Source: Lama glama (taxonomy: Eukaryota). From it: a DNA stretch of 64,000 nt. The position numbers were made by a program, and so were the translations under genes. Positions 24,217-37,700 of the stretch are shown piece after piece. The stretch spans positions 37,450,001 to 37,514,000 of the forward strand of contig CM052817.1 of NCBI GenBank assembly GCA_028534125.1, given 5' to 3'. The stretch's first letter is position 1; the number at the start of each line of letters is the position of its first letter. The notes beneath the pieces were generated by a model, which did no database searches, was not told the DNA's origin, and saw only the letters and a list, made by a program, of their open reading frames with translations.

Positions 24217-26544
24217 TCAGAAGTTTGGTTTTATTCTTGTCAGTGTATATGTCCCTGCCAGACCATATGACCTGATTTGTTAGTTCAAAATCTGGCCACA
24301 GTACCTGTGGCATGTCCTGATCATTTCTGTTTATGAACATAATCGCTGATAATTAGCTTGTCACTTATGCCCTTCTCTTGAAAGAAGCTTGGAACATTTG
24401 TGTGCACAAAGCCACTTTTTCACCCAGAAACATACATAATGGTTTATGTCTGCTCTTGGGAGCCACCAGGGAACCTTAAGCATCTTACTCGTCCCCTCAG
24501 AGCCGTTCACCTCTAGTTAGTGACATTAACTGAGGGTGTGAATTATATGCTTCCATCCTTCTTCAGAGCTGTTGTGCAAATGAGTGAAATATGTGTCTGT
24601 TTGCAAAAAAGCTTTCCAGAATTCAGCATTTTAATATTCCTTGGGAAAAGTTGATATTCGAAAAAATTTTAGTTTCCTGTCTTTCTCTTGGTAGAAAAAT
24701 GCCTGCTTGCAGCTTTAGGTTTCTTCTAAATTCTAGCATTCTTATGTTTTCGGGCAGATACTTATGAACTGGCTTTAACCTGCACATATTGAAGTAAAAT
24801 GACATCACAAAACAAATGTAATATGTTGTGCGTATGTCTCTCTCCTCACATGACACAGGACTAGGAATAATTTCCCACTTATGTTAGCACTCCAGTGCCT
24901 TTTCTCCACGCTGAACTCATGGAGCTCCTCAGTGTACATCTATTGATTATTGATTGAAAGTTTCCTTATGGTCAGAGGTTCATAATGGAAAGTACTTCAT
25001 GGTTGTGTCCCTACTTTTTGTGTTGGGTTAGTTTTTATGGAGGGGTGGCCATGATGTGATTGAACATGGGCTCAAACAGTTCAAGGCAAAAATAAGAATG
25101 AACAAATACACAATTTTACATAAACCGTCTTAAAGTTACACAAATTTATTTTAAGCTGTAACAATTAGCATTTCTTACAGGGCAGGTCTAGTGGTGATGA
25201 GCTCCCTCAGTTTTGTTTATCTGGGAAAGTCTTAATTTCTCCTTAATTTTTGAAGGTCACTTTTACCAGGTGTCGTATTCCCAGTTGGCAGTTTTTTTTA
25301 CTTTGGCACTGAATATATTATCCCACTCCCCTCTGGCCTGCTCAGTTAAGGAGGTTTGCCCACCCTTCACTGGGGTCTGCAGTCTCTTGTTCCCACTGCG
25401 GTCTGCCTGTGATGGTGCAGTGTCTCTGTGCTGTAATGAGCTGCCGTGCTTGTGTGTGTTCTCTGTGGCACCCAATCTATATCCAAACCAGTGTTCCATC
25501 AGTGTTCTGAGTCAGGTAAGACAGAAACCAGGTTTTTGAGGAGCCCCTGAAAAGAACATTGGATGTACAGTTTACTCTTCTCTTCCCTTCCTGAGGGAGA
25601 AGCTGGGGGTTGGGATTTTTCTTTTCATCATGCCAGACTGTGCCGGGCAGACGGAGTAGCTAGATCCCAGAATTCTGATAGGAATCAAGGTGGAAGACTA
25701 TTTACATCTCATGTAGCATAGTGATTTAGAGCACTGAGTGTAAAGCATGGGCCATCGGGGACTGAATGCCAGTTTTATCACTTATTAGCTGTGTCATCTC
25801 AGACAGATTATTTAACTTCCCTGTGCTTTAGCTTCTTCGTCTGTAGAAAGTGGATAGTGATAGTTGTGACAAGTAAATGAGTTAATATGTACAGCACTTA
25901 CAGCAGTGCCTGGCGTAGAGTGAGCGCGAACACTGAGCATTAGCTCCTCCACCGTCACCCACTGTGCTTGGTACTCTGCAGGCTTTTGCAATTTGGAAGT
26001 TCATGTCCCTCAGTTCTGGGAAATTACTTTAAATTATTCCATGGCTATTTCCAGCTTTGCATTTTCTATATACTTTCTAGAGTATTGTCATTTGTATACT
26101 GTAACTTCTGTACCAGCTTTCTAATTTTTTATCTTTCTTCCTCCTGTCTTCCATCCCTTTGTCTTTTGCTCCAGTTCTGAGAGAAACTCTCGGTTTTATC
26201 TGCTAATCATTACAAGCTTTTCATGTCTGCTATCATGTTTTTTCCCTCTGAAGACGTACTCCCCTCCTTTTTTTTTAAAAAAAAAAAGGAACCTGTTTTA
26301 TTCATAATTGCTTAGCTTATCTTTCTGAGAACACAAAATAGATTTCTTCTCCCTGTATTGTATACATCTCCTCAACATTATTTTTCTGTTTATTTTTATT
26401 TCTTTTATGTTAAAAGCTCTCACAGTAATCCAGGTGTGACGAAGTGCATAACTTAAGGAAATAATGGTGGGATGTAATACAGGTCTGACTCAGGAGTCAT
26501 GGAAGAAGTAGAAACCATAGGATAATGTCGTCAATTGGATGTGT

Positions 26545-27044
26545 NNNNNNNNNNNNNNNNNNNNNNNNNNNNNNNNNNNNNNNNNNNNNNNNNNNNNNNN
26601 NNNNNNNNNNNNNNNNNNNNNNNNNNNNNNNNNNNNNNNNNNNNNNNNNNNNNNNNNNNNNNNNNNNNNNNNNNNNNNNNNNNNNNNNNNNNNNNNNNNN
26701 NNNNNNNNNNNNNNNNNNNNNNNNNNNNNNNNNNNNNNNNNNNNNNNNNNNNNNNNNNNNNNNNNNNNNNNNNNNNNNNNNNNNNNNNNNNNNNNNNNNN
26801 NNNNNNNNNNNNNNNNNNNNNNNNNNNNNNNNNNNNNNNNNNNNNNNNNNNNNNNNNNNNNNNNNNNNNNNNNNNNNNNNNNNNNNNNNNNNNNNNNNNN
26901 NNNNNNNNNNNNNNNNNNNNNNNNNNNNNNNNNNNNNNNNNNNNNNNNNNNNNNNNNNNNNNNNNNNNNNNNNNNNNNNNNNNNNNNNNNNNNNNNNNNN
27001 NNNNNNNNNNNNNNNNNNNNNNNNNNNNNNNNNNNNNNNNNNNN
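26545..27044. other. Assembly gap (500 N)
   Basis: Exactly 500 N. Confidence 1.
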
Positions 27045-28424
27045 ATAGACACATGCAGGACCATCTCTAGTTTTGCAGATAGATGGTCTCAGGTCACAGA
27101 GCTGGCATTCCTTTCTTGGTATTTGGGGGCAGATAGCAGGGGGGTTGCTGAATCTGTTCAGACTTCACTGAGCCACCAATCCACCATTATGGAGCCCAAG
27201 GTGAAATCCAATTACAATTTTCTTTTGCTTCAGTTGGCAGTCAGAGGGGTAGGAGACAAGACAACAAAGGCATTGACATGGAGGCTTAGAGATGTTTTCA
27301 TCGCCTTTCAGAGCAGATATAACCTATGAAAAGAACCTAGTGAACTTGGCTTGCTTTATTTACAGTTATGGGCATAATCTATTGGTATTAATTGATCCCT
27401 AGAGTAGGAAAAAGTTGCCTGTGTACCAGGAGTCTCAGTATATTTTGGAATTTTCTACTAATAGGCTCTCCATTCACATGCTCCTTTCAGTTTCAGTCCC
27501 TCTCCTTCTCTTCAGATCATCTACCTCCACTCTGAAGACTTTTCATTTTGAGACTTTCACAGTATTAGAATGTAGGTGTAATCTCTTTCATGTACTGCAA
27601 TTTTATGTGCCATTTTTTTCCTACATCAGATCAACTCTCTGTCAAAGCAACTTCTTCCAAATGCCAGAAACAGACTCCCTCACTCATTGTTTTAGAGAGT
27701 TCTCTCAATATGGATATTTCCTGTTGGAATTTAGTCTCTTGTTCTTACCACACGTGTAGAGCAGGTAAGATAGCATAACCTGAACCCAACAAATGACCAA
27801 ACATTTCCTGGGCTGTGTTACCTGCACCACCTCCTTCCCCAGGAGCTCTGTTGCATCAAAGCTCGGGTGTTTGCACGAGACTGCCTGTCAGAGCTCTAGC
27901 ACTGCAGTTTAACAGTATTGAAATCACTTGACATACGTAGTGGAAGTAGCTGACTTCATTTCCTTCAAGAGAAGAGGATTGTTTCACAGTGGTGGTCTCC
28001 TTTCATCACAGAATTGCATGACTGTTCTAGTATTTCAAAGAAATTACGAAATTTTACTAACAGAAGTCTTTGAAAAGCAAATCAGAAAATTGGAAGCAGG
28101 AGCAAAGGAGAATTTATTTTTGATACTGACCTAGTTATTTTTCTGGCTTAGATGCAACAGATGTTGTTAATAATAATAACTAACACAATAAGTGATATTT
28201 ATCAAGCACTTAAAATGTCCCAGGCATAGTATCTAGAAATGGTCAGATCAAGAAGCTGGGATTTGTACCAGATGCTTGAGGTTGATCCCTGGTTTTCCTA
28301 TGAAATGCTTGAGTTCAGCAGCACCCTCTGTGTTGATGAATTTTGGCTACTATACTGGGTACACGTCCTCCTGACCTAGCAATTGAGGGTGGAGAAGAAA
28401 TAGCCATGGCTTTAACGTTTACTG

Positions 28425-28543
28425 TTTTTTGTTTTTTGGAGGGGATAATTGAGGTTTATTTATTTTATTGGAGGTCCTAGGGGTTGAACCCAGGACCTCA
28501 TGCATGCTAAGCACACACTCTACCACTGAGCCGTACCCTCCCC
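28425..28543 (-). mobile_element. tRNA-derived SINE (camelid vic-1-like)
   Basis: The minus strand reads GGGGAGGGTACGGCTCAGTGGTAGAGTGTGTGCTTAGCATGCATGAGGTCCTGGGTTCAACCCC..., homologous to the copy at 1884-2020. Confidence 0.75.
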
Positions 28544-29198
28544 TACAAGATTTCCTGTTGAAAGTATTTAAGGAAGGGATAAACAGCCACTTTTATCATG
28601 ATTGTAAACTGTCTGACTTGCCTGGTTCCACCCATTTTTGGTAGCTGGTTGTTGAAAGGTCAAGGATCTATTTTGCTTACGTATTTTTTTAGGGAGGCTA
28701 CTGTAAAGTAGCTTATAATCTACAATGAGTGGTACGAAATACTCTTTGTATTTAGGGTAATGAACGTTTGAATCAGATAATTACTTCAAAATAAAAGAGT
28801 TATTCAGACATGTAAATTAGGATATTACCTTTTCAGCATGGCTATTATTCTTTTGTAATGTTAGTTAACAAGTTCACTGTGCACTTGTGTTCAGCACCTG
28901 GTAAGGCACACGAATTAAGGGTTTAGGAAGGTGAATAGTTGCGCTTAAGATGTGATGTTTAGTTTGAGTAGCAAGAATAATATTTTATACAAAGTGAAAC
29001 TCATGAACTTTTACTGTTTTATTTCTTTTCATATATAGTATGGACCCTGGAGTCAACCCCTATCATCCTGCCTTGTCATTTAATAGCTTAGCACATGGCA
29101 GGTTGTCTAACCTCTGTAAGCCTCTCTTCATTCATGGGTGGTGACGGTAATAGTGGTACCTGCATGACAGGGTCACTGGGGGGATTAAGTGAGATGTG

Positions 29199-29751
29199 TG
29201 TAGGGGAGGAAAAAATGTTTCCTCTCCCCACCTTGAGTTCTCCAGCTGGGGCCTTGCAAATTAGACTGAAAGATTAGCAAGAGAAAGACAAGTTTATTAT
29301 CATATGCATCTCACATACACAAGGGAGTGCTCATAAATGAGTGACTCAAGGAAGTGGTTAGAGCTTGGCCTTATATAGCATCTGACCAAAAGAACAGTAC
29401 ATTTTTTGGGAAGTGACAAGATAAAGGAAAAGGACTCTGAGCTTCTAGGGGTGAGAAGGCAAATGTGTGGGGAAACCAGGGGTAGCTCATGGCTAGTTTA
29501 GCAGGGTCTGTTATGTGGGTTCCTCTGGGTTGATTAGGGTCTTGAGTTGTCTCCAGTGATTAAGTTCTGTCCTTCCTGGTAGAGAGGGGAGGGGAGACAT
29601 CTTTACAAATTTATGCCCTACTTTTAGGCAAATAGAAGGAGGGCAGGGAGGTCTTCTTGTATCTGCTTTATTCTCAGTTGCCTTCTGCTCAAAATAGTCC
29701 TTGTGCCCAAGTGTCATATTTTGGGGCGGCGGACTCTTACTAGCCTTCACA
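29199..29751. mobile_element. Solo ERV LTR inserted into a MIR
   Basis: TG...CA termini. The MIR-like flanks read continuously (GGATTAAGTGAGATG|...|GGGCCTGGCACTTAGGAAGG) when the ~550 bp is removed. Confidence 0.65.
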
Positions 29752-32700
29752 TGTCAGGGGCCTGTCGTAGGGCCTGGCACTTAGGAAGGACGCAGTGCCT
29801 GGTAGTTGTTGCTGCTGTTACTGTTATTGTCATAGAAAATTAGGAACGGTCATGGTTGACAAACCCCGTTAATCTCATTTGTTACAATCTGTGGATTTTC
29901 TTTTCATAATTCTAAGACTCAAACTGGCGAGGAGAGTTTATGGTTACCTGATCTGATGAGCTGAAGTCAGAAAAGGTTGCTGGGAAAAGAACCGTGAGTA
30001 CTATTATAAATAGCAAGGCACCAGTGCCGGATAAACAGGTCTTTCCAGTTGGTTTTGTTGATGAGCTGCTACATTTTCCCTGCTGGTTATTTTGTCTTGA
30101 AGGTGGAGCAGGTGCTGTTTCAGGCTAACCCCTCTGCGAGCCCATCACCACCCTTTCCTGCTCCGACTCGGCCCGTCAGTCCTTCTCACGCCCATACATT
30201 CCATCTTCTGCAGGTGTCTCTTACCTGGAAGTTTGGGTACTTGTTAGGCTTCCTAATAAAAACCTATGAACAAAGACAATGATTGAGTCACCTCAGTAGT
30301 CTGGCTCGATAGTCTGGTTGTTATCAACTTTTAGGGAGCTGCTTGAAATAACCACAACTTACTCTGTCTTTATTCCTTTTTTTTCAATTCCTTTTCCCTG
30401 ACAATAAAAAAATAGTGATTCATAGCCGTTTCAAAGATGGTAGGTAGTACCAAAAATATAAAGAAGAGAAAAGTCATCCATAGTCCTACATACGGAAGCA
30501 ATCCCCATGAAGATTGTGGAATCTCTCCCTTTGGTTTCTTTTCTGTGCTATTTTCACGTGGCTGGGGGCACTCGATCTGGGCCATATGATCTTGATTTCT
30601 TTTGCTTAACCTTCTAACGTAAATATTTCTCACATTTTAAAGAACTCTATAATATCTCATTTTGCCATAATTTACTTAAATTAGATTCACTTTAGGCATT
30701 TGGGGTGTTGGCAGTTTTCTGTTTTTATAAATAATAATGCTGTTATAAATAAGAATGTGTTTATAAATAACAATGCTGTTATGAACAGAAACATTTATAA
30801 TAATAATAATAAATAACTTTTTTTTTGCCAGTACTGCAGCTAATTTTATTAAGACTACTTAGCCCTGTAATAGCAAGGCTGTTGGTACATATTGCCAGAC
30901 GTTTTCTAGAAGGGTTGTGTGAATTTTCAGTGCTACCTGCAGCATGTGAGAATGTCTCTTTCACTCAGCTCTAAAGAGGGATATTCACCTTAAAATTATT
31001 TTGTTCTTAGAAGAAACACATGTTATCTTAATGTCCTTAAAAATTGTTAGTAATGTTGATTACTATACTTAACTGTTTTGTGTATTTTCTATTCAAGTAT
31101 TGTGTTCTTTTTTTTCTCTGAGGTGACAGTATTTTTATTTTTAAGATTTGATTTTTATGATTAGGCTTTTTATCTGGTGTCATGTAACAGTCTATTTCCT
31201 CACCACCATTTCCCTTTAATTTTGGATTAAATAATTAATTTGGATTAAATAAGTAATTTTGTTTTGGATTTCTCTCTCTCATCAGTTTACCTAAATTCTT
31301 CTGGAATCTATAGGATTATGTTCTTCAAGCTTCTAGAAGTTTCTTGTGCTGATTTTCAGAGTTTGGCAGTTTCTTAGCCATGTTTAATTACCTTTCTTTT
31401 TGGCACTTCCTCTTCAGCCGTTACATTCCCAAGGTGAAGAAGCCAGGCTTCTCAGTTGGTTTTTGTGAAGAGTGCCTTGACCTCTAATTCTGTCTGTAGA
31501 GAATAGAAATGCATGAGATAGCTCCTGTGATTTGTAGGGCTGGATCTCAGAATTAAGCTGCAGATATGTTGAACATATTCAGGTGCATTTTAAGCTTGTG
31601 AGCATAGGAAGTAAATTTAGAAATGAGGGGTTAGTTGTTTTTTTTCTCCATCTTTATGCCAGATAGTGGTGTTTACCCCTGAGCTGGGTCTGAGGATTGC
31701 CAGCATGATCCAGCGTGATCATGCTGTTGACTCCGTTCATTGCTTCCACCTCTCTGTGCTCCGGGGAAATGAGGACAGGCTGAGAATTAGACTGGGATTT
31801 AAATCCCAGGGTTACAACTTGCTTAATAACCTCGGACAAATCACATAGGCCCGTCTAGGCCTTTGTTTCCTTATCTGTGAGGTGGGGAGTGATAGTCCTT
31901 ACCTCTTAGTATGGATGTGAAGATTAAATGGGACCTCACTAGCTTGGGGTATGAGTTTGACTTTAAAAATTTTGTAATCAATCACTTGAATCCCTCCACG
32001 TCAGTAAGTGTATGATCCCCTATTTAAAATCTCCTTTACAGTTGACCAAGAACTCCAGGGGCTTACTCTTCCAAAGGAGCCTCCTCCTCGACTCCAGATG
32101 GAGAGAAACTCAGAAAAGCCTGACCAGGCCACTGGTAGGTCCTGGTTTTCAGCTGCTGTTGTTTTGTGGGGACCTTTTGAATAAATTGGTTCTACCCAGT
32201 CCACTGGGTCCTTACCCACTGCCGCTGTGCCCCTTCTGGTCCAGATCCGTGCACACAAAGCGGTGGTGCCAAGCTTGGCCTCTCAAGGTTACTTCTCTTC
32301 AGGTTACGTCCACCTACTCAGGCACTGTGCTGTATCACTCTGTGCCAAGACAGCTGGTCCCAGAGGTACTTGTCACTAGTCCAGACACCCCTTCCTTTCA
32401 TGATATGTAATTAGACTTTAGCATCTTTTCCTACCCAGTGGACCTCAGTTGGAATCATCCTAGGAATTCATTTGAGAAATTCTGATAACGCTGAATTTTA
32501 AAAGGCAAGTGGCCAAGGTCACCTTCCCCTTTGGAGACTCCTTAAATTCACTGTGCAAATTTAGCCCCCTCCTCCCAGCTATCAGGGCTGAGTACCAGAC
32601 AAGTCACCAAAGTTCCTACCACATCCTCCTCTATCAGGAATGGAATATTAAACTTAAATTTGTACAACTAAGAAGGGCCATTCAGGTGATTCTTTCGAGA

Positions 32701-34385
32701 ACAAAGAAGATCTCCCAAGGGACTTTTTGGCATTCTCCAGACAGAAAATAATCTGATACCTTCTTTCTAAATAAGTTTAAAAAAAAAAAAGTTCTGCTTC
32801 ACCAGATACAGCCACATATGTGTAAAACACCTAGCATGCTTCTGTCACTTAGTAGGTGCTCAGAAAATGTTAGTTGTCTCCTTCCTCCGTTCCTCCTCAG
32901 CTCAACCACACCTCTGCATCATTCAGCTGGGGACATGTAGCCTTCCAGAGACCTAACCCACTTCTCAGTGTCCATTTCTCTGCTTGCCTCTGCATAAACA
33001 CAGTACAGAGGGTTCTGGGTTGCCTCCTGACAGGCTCACCAAGGGTAGTGTAAATGTTCACTTGTTCTTAGGTATAAAACAAGAGTTGGGGGCAGCAGGT
33101 CCTCATAGTGACCTCTGATGGCCTCCAGCAACGTTTCACTTTCAGAACTGCTTTTGGGGGTGGGGGGTTTGCCTGAGGCAGTTCATACTTCCTGCAAATA
33201 GTTAGATTTCATTTTGCATATGTATTCAGCTTGTTTTTTATACAGCGAACATGGCCAGAGCATTTTGTCATGGAAAATAATTTGCTAATCCAAAACTAAA
33301 CAATGCGTAGCTGTTGTCCCTCTTAAGACAGGTGGAGCGTTAATAAAGTGTGCCTCGTCCCAACCTTTGTCCCACAAATAAACTTCCTGCTTTCTGTGAG
33401 GAGGGGTGTGGCATCTGCTTTTTTGGAGCTTTAGTTTCAGGGAACCATATTTTCCTTGCCTGGTTTTGCCAACAAAACATGTGTCTGTGTAGTTAAGGCA
33501 CATAGAGGCGCCCCAGGCCATTGCAGTCAGAGGCTGACCTCAGACTGTCTTCAGACTTCAGACAAGCTTTTTACTGTGTTTCACTGCCGAATTCCCAGAC
33601 CTCACCACGAGACCCAGGGGTGTGACATCTCAAAGCTGACTCTATTCTCCAAAAGAAAGGGACAGCTTCATTGAATTATTTTGGGTTCAGAAATGAGTTT
33701 CCACATGTTTCATGAGACAAATCAAGTGTTTAATGTATTACTGTTACAGGTGTTTAATTATTGGCTTTAGACACAAATTCTCATAGAAATAGAAGAAAAA
33801 GGTGAGACTAATTTCAAAGCTCTCCTTGAAATTATCCCTAGTTCTTCCTGACATTTCCTTACCTGGCGTTCTTTTGCTTTAGTATCTTCACAGGAATGTT
33901 TTACTAACACCATGAGGTGTGGCTTTGGCTTAGCTGCCTTTGTTTTTTCCAGAGTTAGCCTTTTCTCTCTGCAAAACATTGTATCCTGGCGCTTTGAAAT
34001 TCCCATTAAGTTCGGAGAAATTATGTCTTGGCAGCCAACTTGCTTTCCTGGAACACAATGTGTTGCTGATGACACACCAGTTGCTCCACTTGACAGTGGG
34101 TTTTCTTGTTTGTTTCACTTGAGTGTTCAGTGGTGAGTAAGAACTGAAGTGGAAAGCCGTACTTACCACAGTTTATTAGATGGTTCATGCCCACGGTAAT
34201 TACTTTCATAATGCCACTTATGAATAGATGGATCAGATTAGGGTGAATCACCTGGCCAGCCAGCAGCTCCTGGAATGATTCTCCACGCGTGGTTTTGTTG
34301 CGTGGTTACAGAATGTGGCAGGATGGAGCTGCCCGGCTATCGCGGCAGAGGCTCGTTTGTAACACTGCCTTAAGGAGATAAGGAG

Positions 34386-34762
34386 ATGAGACCAAACTGT
34401 TCCAGCAGCTCAGCCTGCCCTGCCAACAGTTCGGAGGAGGAGTTGCCGGTGGGGCTGGAGGCGTATGGAAACCTGGAACTTGTGTTCACAGTGGTGCTGG
34501 CCGTGATGATGGGCCTGCTCATGTTCTCCCTGGGATGCTCCGTGGAGATCCGGAAGCTCTGGTCGCACATCAGGAGACCCTGGGGCATTGCTGTGGGACT
34601 GCTCTGCCAGTTTGGGCTCATGCCTCTTACAGCCTATCTCCTGGTCGTCAGCTTTTCTCTGAAGCCGGCCCAAGCGATTGCCATCCTCATCATGGGCTGC
34701 TGCCCAGGGGGGACCATCTCAAACATTTTCACCTTCTGGGTTGATGGAGATATGGATCTCAG
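34386..34762 (+). CDS. SLC10A6: SLC10A6 (SOAT, sodium-dependent organic anion / steroid sulfate transporter) exon 1
   Basis: MRPNCSSSSACPANSSEEELPVGLE...MFSLGCSVE...GCCPGGTISNIFTFWVDGDMDL contains the SLC10 signature motifs. Donor AG|gtgagt, 377 nt. Confidence 0.97.
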
Positions 34763-37700
34763 GTGAGTTACGCTAGGGGAGCTCAGCTGCCTTCCCGTGG
34801 TAGCGCTCTGCCTGGGAGGATAACTGATACTTTTGTGTCCATCTAGGTGGAGATTCCAGTGAGAAACATCTTATAGAGGCTTGTTCAGTCTTGGCAGCAC
34901 TTTCCTGGCTGAGCTTAAAATTTACTTTGCTGTCATTGTCCTCTGTTTCACTGGCAGCTCCTTTTCTGAGTTGAGGGGTTTGGTTCATTTGCAGCAGTGA
35001 AGGCAGGTCTCCTCCTCATCCAATGGCCCTTCCTAGGTGTGAACTCATTGTCACCCACACTGACAGCGTTCACGACAGTCCTGGTTTCACAGTCTCCCAG
35101 GATGGAGGTTCAGAATCCCAGAAAGAGAAGGACAGTGGTTGGCAGCCATGTGGTGGTGGGGGTGGTGGGGGGCATAACCAATGAGGCCCTCGAAGCTCTA
35201 ACCAGCAAGTGCTGCCCGAGGCCCTAGTTTATGAAATCAGTATTTTGGGGAACTGGATAAAGGAGCCTTCGGGGGATGCAATGAATGTCTCCTATTTTAA
35301 GTGGCCTATTGAGTTGACTTGGGGAATGACATAAAGACTATGACTAAAATTGTTTCTTGTTGCCTTGCAGATGTTTAACATTCATTACTAGAATCTCGTT
35401 TCTTTCACTTAAGCCAGTGACCTTATTTCCAGTTATGGTGTAGATAAATACCCCTGGGAGACTTTAGGCTTTATCATTCATTTACATTTTAATGAGAGTG
35501 AATGCTTCAATGGGGGAGAAAGCATTTGAGGAAAGAATAGAGGAGTCACAATTGGAAAAATGAAAGGGCTAAAAACACAGTGGTCTTTCTAGAGTCTTTG
35601 CTTACTTATGACCAAACTGTTTCACCTTTTGCCCAGGGAAGGAACTACTTATAAATTTAATTCTTTGTTCGACGTGTATGTCATTTTGGTGAGATTTATT
35701 GTACAATGAATGAATGACTCAGAGGTGCTGACTGTGCTGGGAGTTGACATTTGTGACTCAGCTACAGGTATGGGTTTCTAGTTTCCTGCATGCGCTGAAT
35801 GTGTAGCATATGGAACTTATTTCACCTATAAATTTTAATGGGTTCGTGCCAAGCAGACCAATAATTAATTTTCATGTGGCTATGATTTTAGTTCCCCACT
35901 TATCAAAGATTTGAAATGAATGACTTGCATTGCTAATTCAAAAAACCCCACAAATAGGTATTGCTGTTTCAAATTCAGTAAAGTTGATCACTAACATAAT
36001 AATTGGGAAATGATAAATATTCTTTACACAAAGTCCATGGAACAGTGATAAATTCCAGGACCTGAAGGCTTTTGGAAAGAAAAGGAAATATGGATATTAA
36101 ATACCCCAACAGGCATGGGGTCGATGCTTTCATGTATTCTCATTCTCTTCTTTCTTGGCTCTCATAATAACCTTGTAAATGACGTTTTATTATCCTGAAC
36201 TTTACAGCTGAGAAAAGTTCGACTCAGATTGGCTAAGTAGGTTGCCAAATGCTACAGATGAGTATGGCAGAACGCACATTTAAAGTCACATCTGTTTCTC
36301 ATCATTTGCAATTTAGGCACTTTCTTCAATGCCATTTATTAACACAACTGGATCTTCTGTTCTGAGTAGGAGCATAAATCTTTAAACAGTGTTCTCCAGC
36401 ACTTCTGTTTTGGGAAAGAGAACATTTATTATCTTCATCTCTTACTGGCCAACATTATAGTAAAAATAGCAATTAATAGGAAGTCTATAAAAGATTAAGT
36501 TCATTTTACTTCTCTTAATATGCTTTTAACTTTGGTCAAATTATTTAACCTATAAACCTCATCTCCTCATTTGTAAAACAGGATTAAAATTACCTATTAC
36601 CCACAAGACTGTATTTTAAAGGAAGAATATATGTGCAGAATAGCAGGCACATAGTAGGTACCCAATAGATATTAGCTATCGTCCCCTTTCTCTTATAAAA
36701 TTTTGATTTTGAACCTCAGAAAATAAAAACAAAAACCAAGCAAAAAATTAAATTCTAAGAAATGCAATTTAAAAATGAGGACTAAATATTCGATTTTCAA
36801 AAGCTCATAGAGACAAGAGTAATAGATCTTAAATCTCAGCAAAAATTACAAATAGGAGGAAACTGAATATTATGAATTGTGAAACAATATCCAAGTTCAT
36901 TATGTTTTTCTCATTTGATTACCAACAAAAATAACTTTCAAGCAAAGCTCAGTAGATAGTCATTGGTAGGAATTCTGCTTTTCATGCTGGATAAGATCCA
37001 GGAGGATTTAGTACAACATCTTCATTTTACAAACGAGGAAATTTAGACTGAGAGCTCTTCAGACGACCCTAAATGTGTTTCATGCCTTAACTCGGTGCTT
37101 CATTCAGTTTACTTGTAGTTCTCCGTGTACTCACACAAAGAAAGCATTTTCGGAGTCTGCACGTGTGAACTAGTTCCTGCACTCTGTGTGTCCGACGCTG
37201 GCACCAGTCATCCTCCCACCAGTCACCAGGGCTCACCATCCCAGCAGCCCGCGTGCCTCCTGTCAGGCTTCATGTCACCATAGCTGTTGCTTCCTATCTC
37301 TCCACTGCCATCACCTCAGCTCAAGCCCCACCATTTCTTTCTTGTCTAGTTGTGGTATCTTCACAGTGTTCTCTCTACCTTCAGTCTTTCCGTCGTGGTT
37401 TTGTGGTAGGTGAGTCAGGCAGGCTCTGGGGTCGGGTTGCCTGTCTTTGTATCCTGACTTAGGACCTCTTTTCTGTAACTGCAAATCATAGTACTTCCTT
37501 CATGGCACGGGGAAGAGAAAAGGAGCATGTTATACATATACAGCTGCTCAACACCTGCTACATCGAGTAGAAGCTAAGCTGGGTCTAACAGACTTCTGCA
37601 GATGTATTTCCCATTAACCCCTTGGGCACAACTGGTCTGTAGTCAAAACAGATGATTAACTGTTCTTTAAACATACCCCACACTTTCTCAATTTGCTTTT

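Noticed and set aside
26497..27329. Long ORFs of 169-264 aa (also 62325-63026)
   Set aside because: They are made of X residues across N gaps.
30724..31252. Short tandem duplications (30724-30800, 31219-31252) as an array-like or CRISPR-like structure
   Set aside because: Only two copies each of AT-rich units with no spacer architecture, consistent with replication slippage.
32012..32410. 132-aa ORF upstream of SLC10A6
   Set aside because: No domain, homology or splice support that I can recognise.
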